From assembly GCA_951406725.2 (NCBI GenBank), contig OX597821.1, forward strand, positions 27,156,001-27,220,000: a stretch of DNA of 64,000 nt, read 5' to 3'. The notes under the pieces were generated by a model. The model ran no database searches, was not told where the DNA came from, and worked only from the letters and a program-made list of their open reading frames with translations. Position 1 is the first letter of the stretch; the number at the start of each line of letters is the position of its first letter. Made by a program: the position numbers and the translations under genes. Positions 1 through 13,919 of this stretch are shown here, in pieces. The DNA comes from Octopus vulgaris (lineage: Eukaryota).

Positions 1-311
1 CAAGCATTTAAAATTATGACGCTTATAAACAAGAATGAGCATGGATCAATCTTAATCCATTTATACCATTTAATAGAAATCCTGAATCTTAAATTGTCTA
101 AAATATAATGGATTTATTCGTTCTGCGCAATTGTGAATTTTGCCGGCTGAAATAATGGTGTGGGATTTTAAACATATCTATACTCGATTCATAACCAATG
201 TCTCCCAATGTGGTTAAGCAATCTAAGTAAAATAGTCGGGGTCCACATTTTTGAGGAACGAGGCGATTTTATTAATTTTATTGCTATGATTCTTTCAAAC
301 AAATGCAACAT

Positions 312-716
312 GCGCAGGAATGGCTGTGTGGTAAGTAGCTTGCTAACCAACCACATGGTTGCGGGTTCAGTCCCACTGCGTCGCATCTTGGGCAAGTGTC
401 TTCTGCTATAGCCCCGGGCCGACCAATGCCTTGTGAGTGGATTTGGTAGACGGAAACTGAAAGTAGCCTGTCGTATATATGTATATATATATATATGTGT
501 GTGTGTTTGTGTGTCTGTGTTTGTCCCCCTAGCATTGCTTGACAACCGATGCTGGTGTGTCTACGTCCCCGCCACTTAGCGGTTCGGCAAAAGAGACCGA
601 TAGAATAAGTACTGGGCTTACAAAAAATAAGTTCCGGGGTCGATTTGATCGACTAAAGGCGGTGCTCCAGCATGGCCGCAGTCAAATGACTGAAACAAGT
701 AAAAAAAGAGTAAGAG
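312..716 (+). mobile_element. tRNA-derived SINE, family A (head, central (TA)/(TG) tract, LINE-like tail)
   Basis: A-box-like tggctgtgtggtaag and B-box-like ggttcagtccc. Tail is aaggcggtgctccagcatggccgcagtcaaatgactgaaacaagtaaaa. Related copies at 2760-3150, 28110-30400 (split) and 60203-60611. Confidence 0.85.
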
Positions 717-1275
717 GTAATATCGACATTGAAAGACTATAGCGAAAAAGAAGGCACTTTTGTTTTTCCAAACAGAGACAGAATGACTTTGGAAATTGTG
801 ATGTCAGTAAAAATCAAAATCAAGAACAGTAAGAACAACAATCGAACAACACCTCAAGCTTTATGGCTTCTTACTTAAGTCAAGTCCATTTACCTTTAGT
901 GTATCTATTCTATCACATGATACCCTGTAACATACACAATACTCTACCACCAAGGTTTGAACGTTAAAGAATTTCATCGGATAAGAAGAATAACGTAACA
1001 CTTGTATATATGTCGTATCACTGACAGGGGTATACACAAAAAAAAATTGATAAATACATACACACGTACTCGTGCACACGTGTACTTAGAAATATGCATA
1101 CACACAGACACACACATGCATAAATATGCCCACACATACATATACATCTGTTTTTAACGGAAGGTGTTTAATTTCTCAATTCTATTTGAAATACAACGAA
1201 ATCATTAATATATATTTTTCTCTTATTTTCTTTCAGATCTTGTAATTTTTATAATTAAAGTTGTTGTATTGGCCC

Positions 1276-1398
1276 ATGTTAAATCTAAGTAAAGAACTTG
1301 TTAGTCAAATCATTCACCATGAATTTGAAAACGGTAATAGTGCAAGTGAATCAGCAAAATCACTAGAAAACAGTCATGGTGATGATGTAGGTGACTGA
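1276..1398 (+). pseudogene. Mariner transposase N-terminal HTH remnant
   Basis: Manual translation MLNLSKELVSQIIHHEFENGNSASESAKSLENSHGDDVGD* resembles the mariner N-terminal pattern (I..EF..G.SA.EAA..L...YG.D.V). Confidence 0.5.
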
Positions 1399-2759
1399 AA
1401 AATCATGAAGAACATCACACATACCATATCCCGAACACCCACTAGGGTATCTCAAGCAACTTTATTAGCTTTATCATTGATAACGTTTTAAATTTTGTTA
1501 GCTCTCCAATCTTATTTATCAATTATTTAATGATAAATATTTGGACATGTATACATTTATGTATGTGTATGGATGTTTGTATGTATATATGCATGGATAT
1601 GTAAGTATGTATATATGTGTATGCGTCTACAAGTACGCATATGTTTGCGCTATATATATATGTGCGTATGTGTGTCTGTGTGTGAGCGCATGCGTTCATG
1701 CGTGCGTTTGTTTGTGTGTGATTGTATGCGTATGTATTCAATTGTAGTTTTCACATTCATTTTTTACATCCGAATTCTGCTTGCTACACATAGATATTTA
1801 CAGCGGGCATCTATGTATGCATTCAATTACAGGTAAGTGTATACGTCACATTTTCGTAGCATATAGCATATTTATTTAGCAACTCCCGTTACTTTTTACC
1901 AGAGTTGAACTTATCAGAGATGTACAACTCTTCACCCACGATGATCAGCGCTTTATGAGGGCATTCCTGGCATACTACCAACAATACAGAGTCGAGGCCT
2001 TCTTTTATCAGAAAATTTATCTGATATGAATGTATTAATGAGTTGGTAATAGTTGTAATGGACACTCATGTAGCTGCCAGTAAACGAAAGTACTTTAGTC
2101 AAATTACTTTATTAGTAGAGTCCAGAATCGATAAAACAATGCAGTTTTTTTCTGTGGAATATACACTACTTAGCAACATTTGAAATACAGAGATTCAGTT
2201 ATGAAAACTTTCCTCAAATGAATTGATTTGGGAAATGAGCTCGTAGTCCAGACGAATTTTGGATAGACGACCGGGTGCTGTATAATGTCTAAAAATGCCC
2301 AGATATTTAATGCGATTTTTATGAAAAATTTAATAGAATATAATTCGGTGTTAAATAGAAATACACTTATTCAATTATTGATATTTTTGTTATCCTTTCC
2401 TTGTGCACGGAGAGAACTGTACTACAAGCTTATATAATTATAGATTACACCATAATTACTAAGCTAATGATTAGAATCCCAGTAAAATTGTTAGTGAAAA
2501 TTAGCATGTTTAGAAAACTGAAGGAGAAAACGTTAGTGATGCGGTGCATATTACTTTCAAATATATTCTCATATATGATAGTAGTTTCGACGTTGATAAA
2601 GAACCCATATAACAAAGCGCAAACAAGATAAAGAACGAAAGAAACGAAAACGAAATCTGTCCATGATGTACTGAACTGTCGCTGGTTACGTTGTCAGCGA
2701 TATCTTCATGATGGAAGGGTTTCACCATTCGAAGTTAAATTCCATTATCATTTATAAGC

Positions 2760-3150
2760 GTATGCATGGCAGTATGGCAAGAAGATGGATCCAAAAACAT
2801 GTGGTTTCAGCTTCAGTTCTACTGAGCGTCAATTTGGCCAACAGTTTTTTTACTATAGCCCCCAACCCATCGGAGTTGGCCAATGCATTGTGCGAGAGTT
2901 TGGTAGACGGAAACTTTGTAGAGCTCCATTGTATGAATATATATGTTTGTGTATATGTGTGTGTGTGTGTGTGCGTTCGAGGGGGCACTTGCCTTTCTAT
3001 CTATACTGGTAAATTCACCGCTTCACAACCAGGGTTGCTTCTTTACAATCTCTAACTTATCTGTTCGGCTAAGAGACCAATGGAATAATTACCAGATTAA
3101 TCTTACAAGGCAGAGCTCCAGTTTGAGTAGAATCCAGTGATAAAAACAAG
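2760..3150 (+). mobile_element. Degenerate SINE with family A head
   Basis: Shares tactatagcccc...ccaatgcattgtgcgagagtttggtagacggaaact with 312-716; tail is more diverged. Confidence 0.65.
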
Positions 3151-4097
3151 AAAAGAAAGCAAGATATTAATAGTATCATCGACTCACTATGTAGCACTCA
3201 CGTTTAGCTGGTAACATTTCACTGTATTAATTCAAGTAACTACAAGTCTCACTTGATATACATATAGAACTTTACATAGTTGTAAATGAAAATTGTAATA
3301 TTATTGACACTTGATTTCACTAATCATGCTTCTTCTCATTATTCTTAATGGTTAAGTATAATGGTAAATCATATCTAATGTTGAACATTTTGAATTTTGT
3401 CATGAAGTGGGGATGATATTTTTAAAATCGTAAATATGATTTTTAGATCTTCGTATTAAGATATTAATACTGGCAGACAAAATAAAAATAACCCTTCCCT
3501 AAGCCCTATAGAGCAAGAAATTTCTAGTTTCTTGGTATGAATAAGTTGAAAATTAAACCCCTTTAGAAAAGATTCAAGTATATCGAAGAATGACTTTCTT
3601 AATTATTTGCACTCTGAGAAGAATTTTTCCCTAGATAAGACAACAATCTATCGAAAATTAATTGCCTTAATTATATGGACTCTATTCCTGAGTTGCCAAA
3701 AAACAAAGAAATGCGCGTAGCAAGTTAATTAAAACAGTTGAAAAATAATTGTGGAAAATTAGAGGGATTTAAACGTCGTTCATATATCAACATATGAAAA
3801 ACGTTGGCAAAATTAAATCTTAAACTATTATCTTTGATGCTGAAGTGAATTTTGTTCAAGGTGTGTACGTACTTTTAGAAGAGTGGTATAAATATGATTG
3901 TCCATAGCTATTTGTCAACATCCTGATACGAGAAGCAAAACCATTATGTTCCCCTCTAGCTGTGTATCTCGTTCTTTCTTTCTTTCTTTCTTTCTTTTTT
4001 GTTTCTGTCTGTTTTCTTTTATGTTTGTCATTTTGTTTCTTTCTCTCTTTTGCTTCTTTCTGTATATATATATATATATACATATATGTGTATATAT

Positions 4098-4146
<49 letters not shown>

Positions 4147-4318
4147 TGTGTATATATATATACATATATATACACACACACACATATATATATATATATG
4201 CATATACACACAGACAGAGAAAAAGAGAGACAAGTGTAGAGAGAGTGATAGTTAAAACGCAAGTATGAGTGTACAATCTAGTTCATATAAGAAAACAAAT
4301 AAAGATATCATGTTTTTG

Positions 4319-4321
<3 letters not shown>

Positions 4322-4374
<53 letters not shown>
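4322..4374. repeat. (ATT)n microsatellite
   Basis: Direct reading. Confidence 0.95.
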
Positions 4375-5206
4375 CTTTCCTTTCCAAATGCATTAGATTC
4401 GTAATTGGCATCCAATGACAGCTTGAAAATATATAACTACAGGATATCAATTTGATATCCTCATTAAAATGAATACCCTCAAAACACCATAGCTAACCAC
4501 CTTTGTATAAAAAAAAAAAATATTATTTTCTCCATTTATTTATTATGACGTAGAAAAGTGTTGCTCATATCACTTTCAAGAAGATTAACTCTATACGTGC
4601 CTTTATGTAGGTAAAAATGAAACCTAACATCCTCGTCCCCTTATATCTTTTAACAGATCACAATCTCTTCAAATTTTTAAGGGTTTCATTTGATTCAGTA
4701 TAAAATATTCTCTATAGAATTTACCTCATTAATCTATTTATTGGTCTTTGGAAAACAAACCAGAGACAAATGAGCCAAACAAAGTAGTAGTTGAGTCTGT
4801 TGGAGAGTGTCCTAGCTGCGTCTATGTGGTCATGACACTATATAGCATATCTACACCAATTTACACGCTAATGCCTTAAAATATATAGTGTTCAGTAAGT
4901 AATATTCTTCTAAGTACGCAAGCTGAATAAACTCAAATGGGGGGTTGCGCCTTCTATTGTATTTCCTCATGATCGTCGCTAACCTGCAACTGAATAACGT
5001 AACAATAACACAGAAAAAAGCTTACAAAATAGAGACTTTTCATACGCCGATGCACACTTTATATGCCAGATAACAAATCACTGTATATTGAAGTGTGAAG
5101 TGCAGGCTTCAACTAAAGGGTAGCGAAGCATATCTGGGACACTGGATCCGTGCATTATGATTTACCATTCAGTTAGCTTCATATAAATAAATACGAACAA
5201 CATTAC

Positions 5207-5272
<66 letters not shown>

Positions 5273-5507
5273 GTCTGAGGAGAGTAATTTTCCTTTTTGT
5301 GCCTTATAATTTAACACATTCACCGGTAAAATTTCCACTTATTTCTTATTTTTATTTTCCGTAAATTTTCGTTGCGTCTTGCAACCTTTTCAATAGTCTT
5401 GACTCTGTCCGATATTTACACTGCTTTCCTTTTTGTTTGTTTGTGCTCATGATTGTGGGTTAGTGTGTGTGTTTGTGTGCTTATGCATGCATTCATGTAC
5501 GCATTTA

Positions 5508-5543
<36 letters not shown>

Positions 5544-5685
5544 TGTATGTATGTATGTATGTATGTATGTATGTATGTATGCATGTGTGGGTATGTATAT
5601 ATTTGTGTGTATGCATATATACATATGTATATATGTATGTATGTATGTGTGTGCATCTGTATGTATGTATTCTGCATAGTCATGT

Positions 5686-5907
5686 AGGAACATTGCGGAA
5701 CGACTAAATGAACATCTGAGATAATATGACGACAAAAAACAGTTTTCCATAATCTACCAACAGGCCAAAGACCCCCATGGAGGCAACATGGGTCAACTTG
5801 ACATCCGCATCTTATCCAAGCACCCAAAAGACCCAACACTCAGACAAATACAAGAGTACGTCCTTATAAATGAAACCTCTCCAATACTAAATAGGAAAGA
5901 TACATAG
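5686..5907 (+). pseudogene. PLE GIY-YIG endonuclease C-terminal remnant (not in the ORF track)
   Basis: Manual translation RNIAERLNEHLR*YDDKKQFSIIYQQAKDPHGGNMGQLDIRILSKHPKDPTLRQIQEYVLINETSPILNRKDT* matches the PLE pattern ER..EH...H..HGG...RQI.E...LN.K. Confidence 0.75.
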
Positions 5908-6651
5908 TAGATATCATATCTCCATACTTCCAGTTTACACTGGTAGAGTAGAATTGTTAGTGAACTCTTATGCAGATAGAGGTATGTATGTATGTATGTA
6001 TGTATGTATGTATGTATGTATGTATGTATGTATGTTTGTATGTGTGGGTGTGAGTGTGTGTATATACACGTGTAATTTTTTTGTTTGCATGTAAGCATAG
6101 GGATATGAAAATAAACAGATCAACATACAGACGGACATGTACATAGGTTATAAAAACAGAGAAGCACATATACGCAAATGGAGACTGAAACACATGACCT
6201 TATACATACACACACACACACTTTACTCCACACAAGGACACATATGGAGACACGGGTCTACACATATAGTGATGCACAACCATACATACAAATATGGCAC
6301 ATAGTTGCAAAACACATACACACACAGAAGGAGACAGAAGAGCATACAAATACAAACACACGTTCACACTCCCCTTCCCCCCCACACACACAGGAAATAC
6401 ACAAAAACGGACATGCAAGCACATGAATATGCAGAATACATACATATATACATAAGCATACACACATGTATATAAAACACTCACATGCATACATACATAC
6501 ATACATACATACATACATACATACATACATACATACATACACATATACATACATACGTACATGCCTGCATAGGCACACACACATACTGACCCACACACAT
6601 GCGCACAAGCAAACAAAAAGGAACGCAGTGTAAATATCGGACAGAGTCAAG

Positions 6652-6690
6652 CTTATTGAAAAGGTGGCAAGACGCAACGAAAATTTTAGG
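6652..6690 (+). ncRNA. Hammerhead-ribozyme-like motif, U3-A8 variant
   Basis: CUUA-UUGAAAA-G-GUGGC(AAGAC)GCAAC-GAA-AAUU-U-UAGG. Other copies at 5359-5397(-) and 54165-54199(+) have a perfect GUUGC/GCAAC helix II. Confidence 0.6.
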
Positions 6691-7769
6691 AAAATAAAAA
6701 TAAGAAAGAAAGTGGAAATTTTACCGGTGAGTGTGTTAGATTATAAGGCAAAAAAAGAGAATGACACAACCGAATATGCTTCAACACATGAACCCATATA
6801 AAGAATCTTGCAAACCAAATCCAAAAACGAAACACACACACATATAGATTCATACATAAATACATATATATATGACCGTATGTATATATGTGAGGCTAAT
6901 ATGTCTGTGTGTGTATGTCTGTATGCCTGTGTGCGTTCATGCGCAAACACTTGTGTTTAGCAGTTGATTAGTGCTTGTGCTTGCGGTATGTTCACGTGTG
7001 TATGATTGTGTGTGTGTCCATGACCCTATACTGTACCTGTGTATCGTTCAAATATATAGTTCAAATTTTTCAGAAAATAAAAGACGAAGACAGATGAAGG
7101 AACAAGCATGTATATTAGTTTAATGCTCGGGAAGAATGAAAATTTCTGCGACAGAAAGGATTAAGAGGAAAAAAACAATCGCAAAAAGAACACCATCCCC
7201 TCCAAAAAACAAACAACGGAAGGAGTACGACAGGAAACAACGAGAAAGTATGTGTAGTGATTAGAGATTCAAATTGATGAAATGGCCAAAAGGAAAAAGC
7301 TGGATGAAAGGGAGATAATAACTTAGGCACAAAAGCTCACTTTAGTGTGTCTGTGTGAATGGGGCAGGTGCTTGAGTGTGTATGTGTGTTCGAGCTTAAA
7401 ATTATGTGGGCCTGTGTGTGTGTTTATGTATAAGTAACCTACTGCGTACATTTTGTTGAGCAGTGTACTGGTGTGATTTTGTGTGTGCATATGGAGGTGT
7501 GTACATATGCGTGGGGTAATCATGTGTGTGCCTAAACGAACGGGCCTAAGAATATGGAATACAAACAGGAGGATGCAATACAACAACAACAAACATGAGA
7601 AACGGAAAGGCAAAGCATGGAACGTGTAAAGAGAATATGAATACAAAGATATAAGCAAAATGTTCAACTCGATTAGGTAAAGTTCGAAGGAATACTTTGC
7701 TTTGAAGGACAAAACTGCGTCGCTGGTGATACGTGTTGAAAAGTCTTTGGTAAGTTTACAAATAGTTCA

Positions 7770-9120
7770 TTATAGTTCAGATGTATATAGATTTACACAG
7801 CCTGGTGGGCCAATGTACCCGGCAACCACTACGAATCGTAGTGGCGTATGTAGATGAAGGAGTAGTTGGTGTGTGTGATGTTGTTGCTGGTGATTGCAGT
7901 GGTGTAGTGTTTGTTTTATGTTGTCCTTTTGATATGGGGGTGTGTTTATGAGGTGGTGTTGTATCACTGTCTGTGTATGCCTGCTTAAGCCTTTCTGTTG
8001 GGACAGTTTCCTTTTTATCATTAATGTCTACCGTGTATAGTTCGTCTGTGTGCGCCAGGACGCAATAGGGTCCCATATATGGAGGTGAGAGAGGGGTTTT
8101 CATAGTGTCGTTTCGTAGAAACACATGGGTCAAATTGGTGTCATGTTGACAACGGTGGCAGTTCTTGCATGAATTTTCGAAGTCTGTGTATGGCCACGAA
8201 AGTGGAGTGACATAAACGAGTTCTGCTGGGGAATACCGAGGTACTCCTTTATCGAAGCTCGACAGCCAAGGAGAACTATTGGAAGATATTCGCTCCAAAG
8301 CAGCCGATCAGTGTACGCACGCAGAGCAGCTTTCATTTGACAGTGGAATCGTTCCACAAAATCGTTGGATAGTGGATGGTAAATGGTGGTTCGAATACGA
8401 CGTGAACCTATGGTCTTCGTGAGCAGGTGGAAGAGTTGCGATTCAAACTGTTTTCCACGGTCAGGTGTGATGGTGATAAAGACACCGTACCGTGATGTCC
8501 ATCCTTTGAAAAAAGCTTTGTCAACAGATTCTGCAGTGATATCTACTAAATAAATAGCTTCCGACTAACGTGTGAAACGATCGATGTAGATGAGCAGGTA
8601 GGTATATCCCTGGCTGACTGGCCAAGGTCCGTCGAGGTCCGACAAGGTCGATGCGTACATGGCTGAAGCGCATATCTAGTGTTAAATGTGTCTAGGCGTG
8701 AAAGGATGTGCTTATGCACCTTTGAATTCTGACAGAAAAGGCAGGAAGCTGACCAGGCAGTGATATCTCGTCTCATATTTGCCCCAAAGAATCTAGCCGA
8801 AATGAGTTTCACTGTGGCGTTATGCAGTGCTGAAGACTGTTTACTTGTGGGTCTCCGGAAGACAAGGACGAGGAGAATTCGTGGAAATATCGCACAAAGT
8901 CTTTGCGTCAGCTGTAGGTACGAGAAGTACTTGACGTTGCATGTGGCAAAGGCGGGTGAGGTTATATCAATTGTCTCTGAGGTTGATCTTTAGCCAGGAG
9001 ATGTAGGTCAGTGTATGTGGGTGACTACAACAAATTAAGTGGTAGGCACGATAAGGCGTCTGCTGCAGTGTTATGTATATCAGAGATATTGTGGATGTCT
9101 GGTACAAACTAAAGGGTTCG
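7770..9120 (-). mobile_element. Gypsy-type LTR retrotransposon pol remnant (RNase H end + integrase), frameshifted
   Basis: Minus-strand motifs in Gypsy order: NTAADALS, MRRDITAWSASCLFCQ (zinc-finger part), YHPLSNDFVERFH..MKAALR, WSEYLPIVLLGCR, PPYMGPYCV (GPY/F). No LTRs identified. Confidence 0.88.
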
Positions 9121-9409
9121 ACTAAAAAAGAAATTTAGGATGCAATTCTGGGAGAGAGATCTACTACGAGGAGGCTGTTTTACGTCATTCTACCGGCGAA
9201 GATAAGGGATGCATTGTATAATGTGGCTCTACAACTGCTGCTGTGAGAAAATATATTGAATGGCCGTTCGAAACCGACATAGGGATAAGCAATGCAGTAT
9301 TCTTTGTATTAATTTGCATATTTCCTCTTTTGTTAAGACAGTTTTGAAAGGAATAAACATGAGCATTTATGTTTACACAAAATTAAATATCTTTCAAGAA
9401 TTTACGCAT

Positions 9410-9797
9410 GGCCTGGAGTTTCGAGGCGAGTGAGAAGTTGATTACATCAAACTTGCTACTTAACTAGTACTTCATTTCATCGATCGGAAAGGATGAAATA
9501 CTTAAAAGTGACCTCGATCGAATTTGATCTCAGAACGTAAAGAGTCGAAAGAAATGCAGTTAAGTATTTTGCCAGACACACGAACGATTCTAACTGCTCG
9601 CCGCATTATGCTACCCACTAAATAGGTGGGTGGATAGCCAACTACATTGACTCCAACGCACGACTGGTATTCATTTCATTGACACGGAAGAGATGAATGA
9701 CAAGTTCAAGCCCGGCATAATTTGAAATCAGAACGTAAAAAACAAACGAAATGTTGCATTTTATCAGACATGGTGACGATTCTGACAGCTCGCTGCC
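9410..9797 (-). mobile_element. Two tandem degenerate SINE family B copies
   Basis: Each contains the gaatttga.ctcagaacgtaa ... gattct..cagctcgc.gc core seen in clearer copies at 15790-15990 and 28201-28393. Confidence 0.65.
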
Positions 9798-9909
9798 TGC
9801 TGCTGTACTAAATAACAAAACGTTGAAGCTGCTAAAATTTAAAAAAGAACTTATGCTGAAACGGTAAATGACAGGAGAATAAGAATACGTATATTGGACC
9901 AGTTATATT

Positions 9910-10208
9910 GGAGGTGCAATGGCCTAGTGGTTAGGGCAGCGGAGTCGCGGTCGTAGGATCGCGGTTTCGATTCCTAGACCGGGCGTTGTGAGTGTTTATT
10001 AAGCAAAAACACCTAAAAAAAGCTCCACGAGGCCCCGGCAGGGGTGGTGATCCCTGCTGTACTCTTTCACCACAACTTTCTCTCACTCTTTCTTCTGTTG
10101 GCCTGCTCGCTTAGCCAGCGGGGTGGCGTCATTTGAAGGCTAAAACAATGCGAACGCATTGTGACCAGCGATGTGTAACTACATCTCATAGCCTGGTCGG
10201 TCACGGTG
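9910..10208 (+). mobile_element. tRNA-derived SINE family C with perfect 19-bp TSD
   Basis: A box tggcctagtggttagg and B box ggtttcgattcc. TSD atattggaccagttatatt at 9891-9909 and 10209-10227. Confidence 0.92.
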
Positions 10209-10811
10209 ATATTGGACCAGTTATATTAAATCAGATTTAAATATTGTATTATTAATACTCGCTATTTCAGGAAGATAATCTATTATGCTTAATCTATTTT
10301 GAACAGTGTGCATAACTATTCTTCATTAAGCTGTAATCGATGCATCTCTCTCATCCAGGTGGTGACACGTCTTTTCCTAATATTTATTGACTGTTTGTGG
10401 CACTTTTACATCGTAAGGTATTCATGTGCCAAGCAACATAATAAATAAATAAAAAAAGAAAGGATTCACTTTCTCGTTTAACCTGTCGTTAAGCCATAAA
10501 ATATTTGTACAATTCTTTCTATAGTTTTTTTTTTTTATACACCTGAAAAGAAAAGAATCCAGAAGTACTGGCTTTGGAATCGTCTAATAATAGAGATGTG
10601 TATGATTAGAGTTAAAGGTAAATAATGCATTTGCTGTAAATAACATAAATGGACGAATATATTTCGGTAACATTGTCGATGTGAAGCGGTATTATAACAC
10701 GTTTTTCGAGATTCAACATAGCTGAAAGGTTTATTATGCTAACCCGCGTCAACGATACATGCACAGACATAGAGATAGATACATGCATGCATACACATTA
10801 AATAGCTATTT

Positions 10812-10867
<56 letters not shown>

Positions 10868-10895
10868 ACACGCGTGTATGTGTATTTAATGATAT

Positions 10896-10961
<66 letters not shown>

Positions 10962-12585
10962 GTACCTATCAATCTCTCTATATATCCTTATATATATATA
11001 TATAGACACGTACATTTATATGCATACATAATATATATTTATATTTACACGCTCACTCATTCATTCATACACACACAGACACACACAGACACACACATAC
11101 ACACACACACAGACACACACACATACACACACGTTTGCGCGTGTATTTATCTTTCTCTGTTTTTCTTATTTACCTATGTACTTGAGTTGACGTGACTGTG
11201 ATAAAGTGTGTATGGTATGTTTTCTTTTCGAAATATATACCTATTCAGAAAATTTTGGTTTGAAGGGAAGAATTTTCCGGGACTATCAATATACTTGCCG
11301 AAATTACTATAGTATCCAAAATAATGGTATTTCGTAACGAAAGGCGTAGAATGACGTCGATATTATGTTCAATTGTGAATATAATGCAAGTTAAAAAGTA
11401 TTCAAAAACACAGTATTTAACGTCTTTGAATAAGTATTGACGCATATTGCTAACTGCATTTATTGAGTAGTAAATATATTTATATATTTTGTGGTTTCTT
11501 ACTCACTTACTAGATTTTAAATATCTTTCGAATTCAGAAGGGAAAACTATAGAATGCAAGTAATAGATCTTCGGGTACAAAAATTTGGCAGTTTATAAAG
11601 CCGACAGACAATTCAATAGATATGAATATTAAGAATAACGGTGGACATTTTGCAGTACAATGTAGATATCTTACAATGCTAAGCGATTGCTATAAGCAGG
11701 CGGGAAATATTCTGTCTAGCGATAAGGAATAAAACTCTAACTGTAATAGCCGAACTGAAATGAAAGTATTTATGATCAAAATGGCATACCTGTTGTTTGC
11801 ATGTCAGAATATAATACAAAACAAACTACCATAATGGGGCTATGGGACTTTTAGCCTACACTGTATAAAGACAGTAGGAGAACACTGTATCAACAGAAGT
11901 AACGGATATTAAAGCGTCAATGGTTTATATCACGTTTATATTTCTACACAATATCGCCAGCAACATGTACATATTTCTCGCTAGTCTTTGCTCCAGCAAT
12001 TAAAATATTTCCGTGAATCAGGTGAAAAGCAGTAAAAAGCAATACCGGCGAATTATTGATAGAAATTCGATATCCACTTCTGAAATTATTATGACGAATA
12101 ACTTATCGAAATATATATTTGATTTCCTAGCTTCACGCCTTTCAGTCTTTTCCGGAGACATGCTCAAAATAAATAATAATGTGACATCATTTTGTGTTAA
12201 AGTGGTGAATTGTGTACCTTTTTAAATTCCGATAATATTCAGGTCAATATTTGTACAGCCATAATTGTTTCTGGTTCTATCAAAATTAGACAAATCAGAT
12301 ATTCTCTCCTGTTATGTAAAATCTACCTTTGTTTGTTTCTGATAAAGCTGTGTAATAAAGCGCCTATGAGTCGATATCAATACCTAAAAAAAAATTCGAA
12401 GTGTGTAATTAAGCGACCCCGGCGTTGTCAAATAACTATGCCTTGTAACTAAGGCGTCTTTGTCCATTCGAGAATATTCTCCGATGGAAACGTCAACGGA
12501 CGAAAACGGTTAATAAGTGAATGTGTTTGAAAACCTTCTTATTTTAGACTGCTGGGCGAGATTTAACAGGAATTTGCTAGCAATC

Positions 12586-12798
12586 TATTTGAAACAAAAA
12601 CCAAAGTTCACATTGATGTTTTTTTTCATTAACATTAGAAGAGCGAATACGATGCTGATAATGATGGTGTTGGTGATGGCGACGATGATGTTGGTGAAGA
12701 TATAATGATGACGTTGTTCGTACTAGAAATTTATTTTCATATCAACACAAAGAAACAATTCTCAAGGTAAATGGATTTTATACGTTCGTCATTTATAA
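12586..12798. repeat. ~213-bp segment duplicated in inverted orientation at 17424-17636
   Basis: Reverse-complement match by eye, about 10 differences. Confidence 0.9.
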
Positions 12799-13877
12799 AC
12801 ATAATTCATGTAATCAAATTCGGACACACGGAAGGAAAATTAAACTGTTACAAATTAAACTCATATGCCACGATTATTATATAATGAAAATAGAAGATGG
12901 ATCTAGGAAGTAGAATGCGGAGCATTTCATCTATGTCCCTTGTATTACGATAAGCTTTTATGAAATCGATGTTACAATCCTTTTTGTAAACAATGTTGAA
13001 CAAAAAGATGATCAGAACAGAAGATTTGAATTCATTACAGGCTTCTTCATAGTCACTATGAGAGATGTAGAATAAAGCACATAGAAGCATTAAATGTGTA
13101 GAGGAAATTTGAAGAAAGGGATAATAGGACGAATGCTGATATCTACAAAAGATCAAAATTTCAGTGTGAAATCTGCTTGGAGAGAATCATTATGGAAACC
13201 TTGTTAGTAGCAGACATTCTTAATTAGAGAATCTTGAGGAAAATGCTAATTCGAAACAAGTTAAAATACAGGCGGTACACAAAGAAATTCCCAACGTTAA
13301 ACGAATTGCAGTCTGTGATATAATACAAATGTGTAGATTTATATTTAAGAAAAGGAACAATAAATACTATATGATTTCAGAATCTACAAAAAAAAAAGGA
13401 AAAAAAAAACGCAGTGCAAAATACCAAAAACCTAATATTCTAGGAATCGAAAACAGCAATGTTTAATAACCAGCATTCTTCTGATATGAAAGCAAAATAT
13501 TTATTATGAAGAGATGAGAAAATAGACAACTATTCAGAAATATCAGAAATACAGTTAGAGTTTGGAATAATATAAGAAAGTAGAATATGCATAACAGTCG
13601 TAATTGAAGAACAAATTGCAATCTACACAACACTTCGCAATCCCATTGTAACTCGAACATTGCAAACAATGAAGCCGCTACAACATGAGAAATATTTGAA
13701 TTGCTTCGAAAAGACAATAGAATGAGGAAAGTGCTTTCTATCCAAAGACTGTAAATAGTCCTAAATTAAACGATGATTTGAATCTAAAATAGTTAAGCAC
13801 TTATTCCAATATTAAATAACTACAAGACACACACACGCACCCTACACCTTATATGTATCGATGTGTTTGTGTGTATG

Positions 13878-13919
<42 letters not shown>

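Larger units (their letters stand above)
5268..6768 (+). mobile_element. Penelope-like element fragment: inverted 3' segment + GIY-YIG C-terminus + 3' region
   Basis: 5268-5685 is an imperfect reverse complement of 6421-6768, and the two flank a PLE endonuclease fragment. Confidence 0.75.

Noticed and set aside
3915-3960. Hammerhead candidate CUGAUAC...AAAAC
   Set aside because: No helix II, no GAAA and no palindrome.
9910-9985. Possible tRNA gene
   Set aside because: It has A/B boxes but continues into a SINE body flanked by a TSD. The heads at 312, 37852 and 58960 likewise run into SINE bodies.
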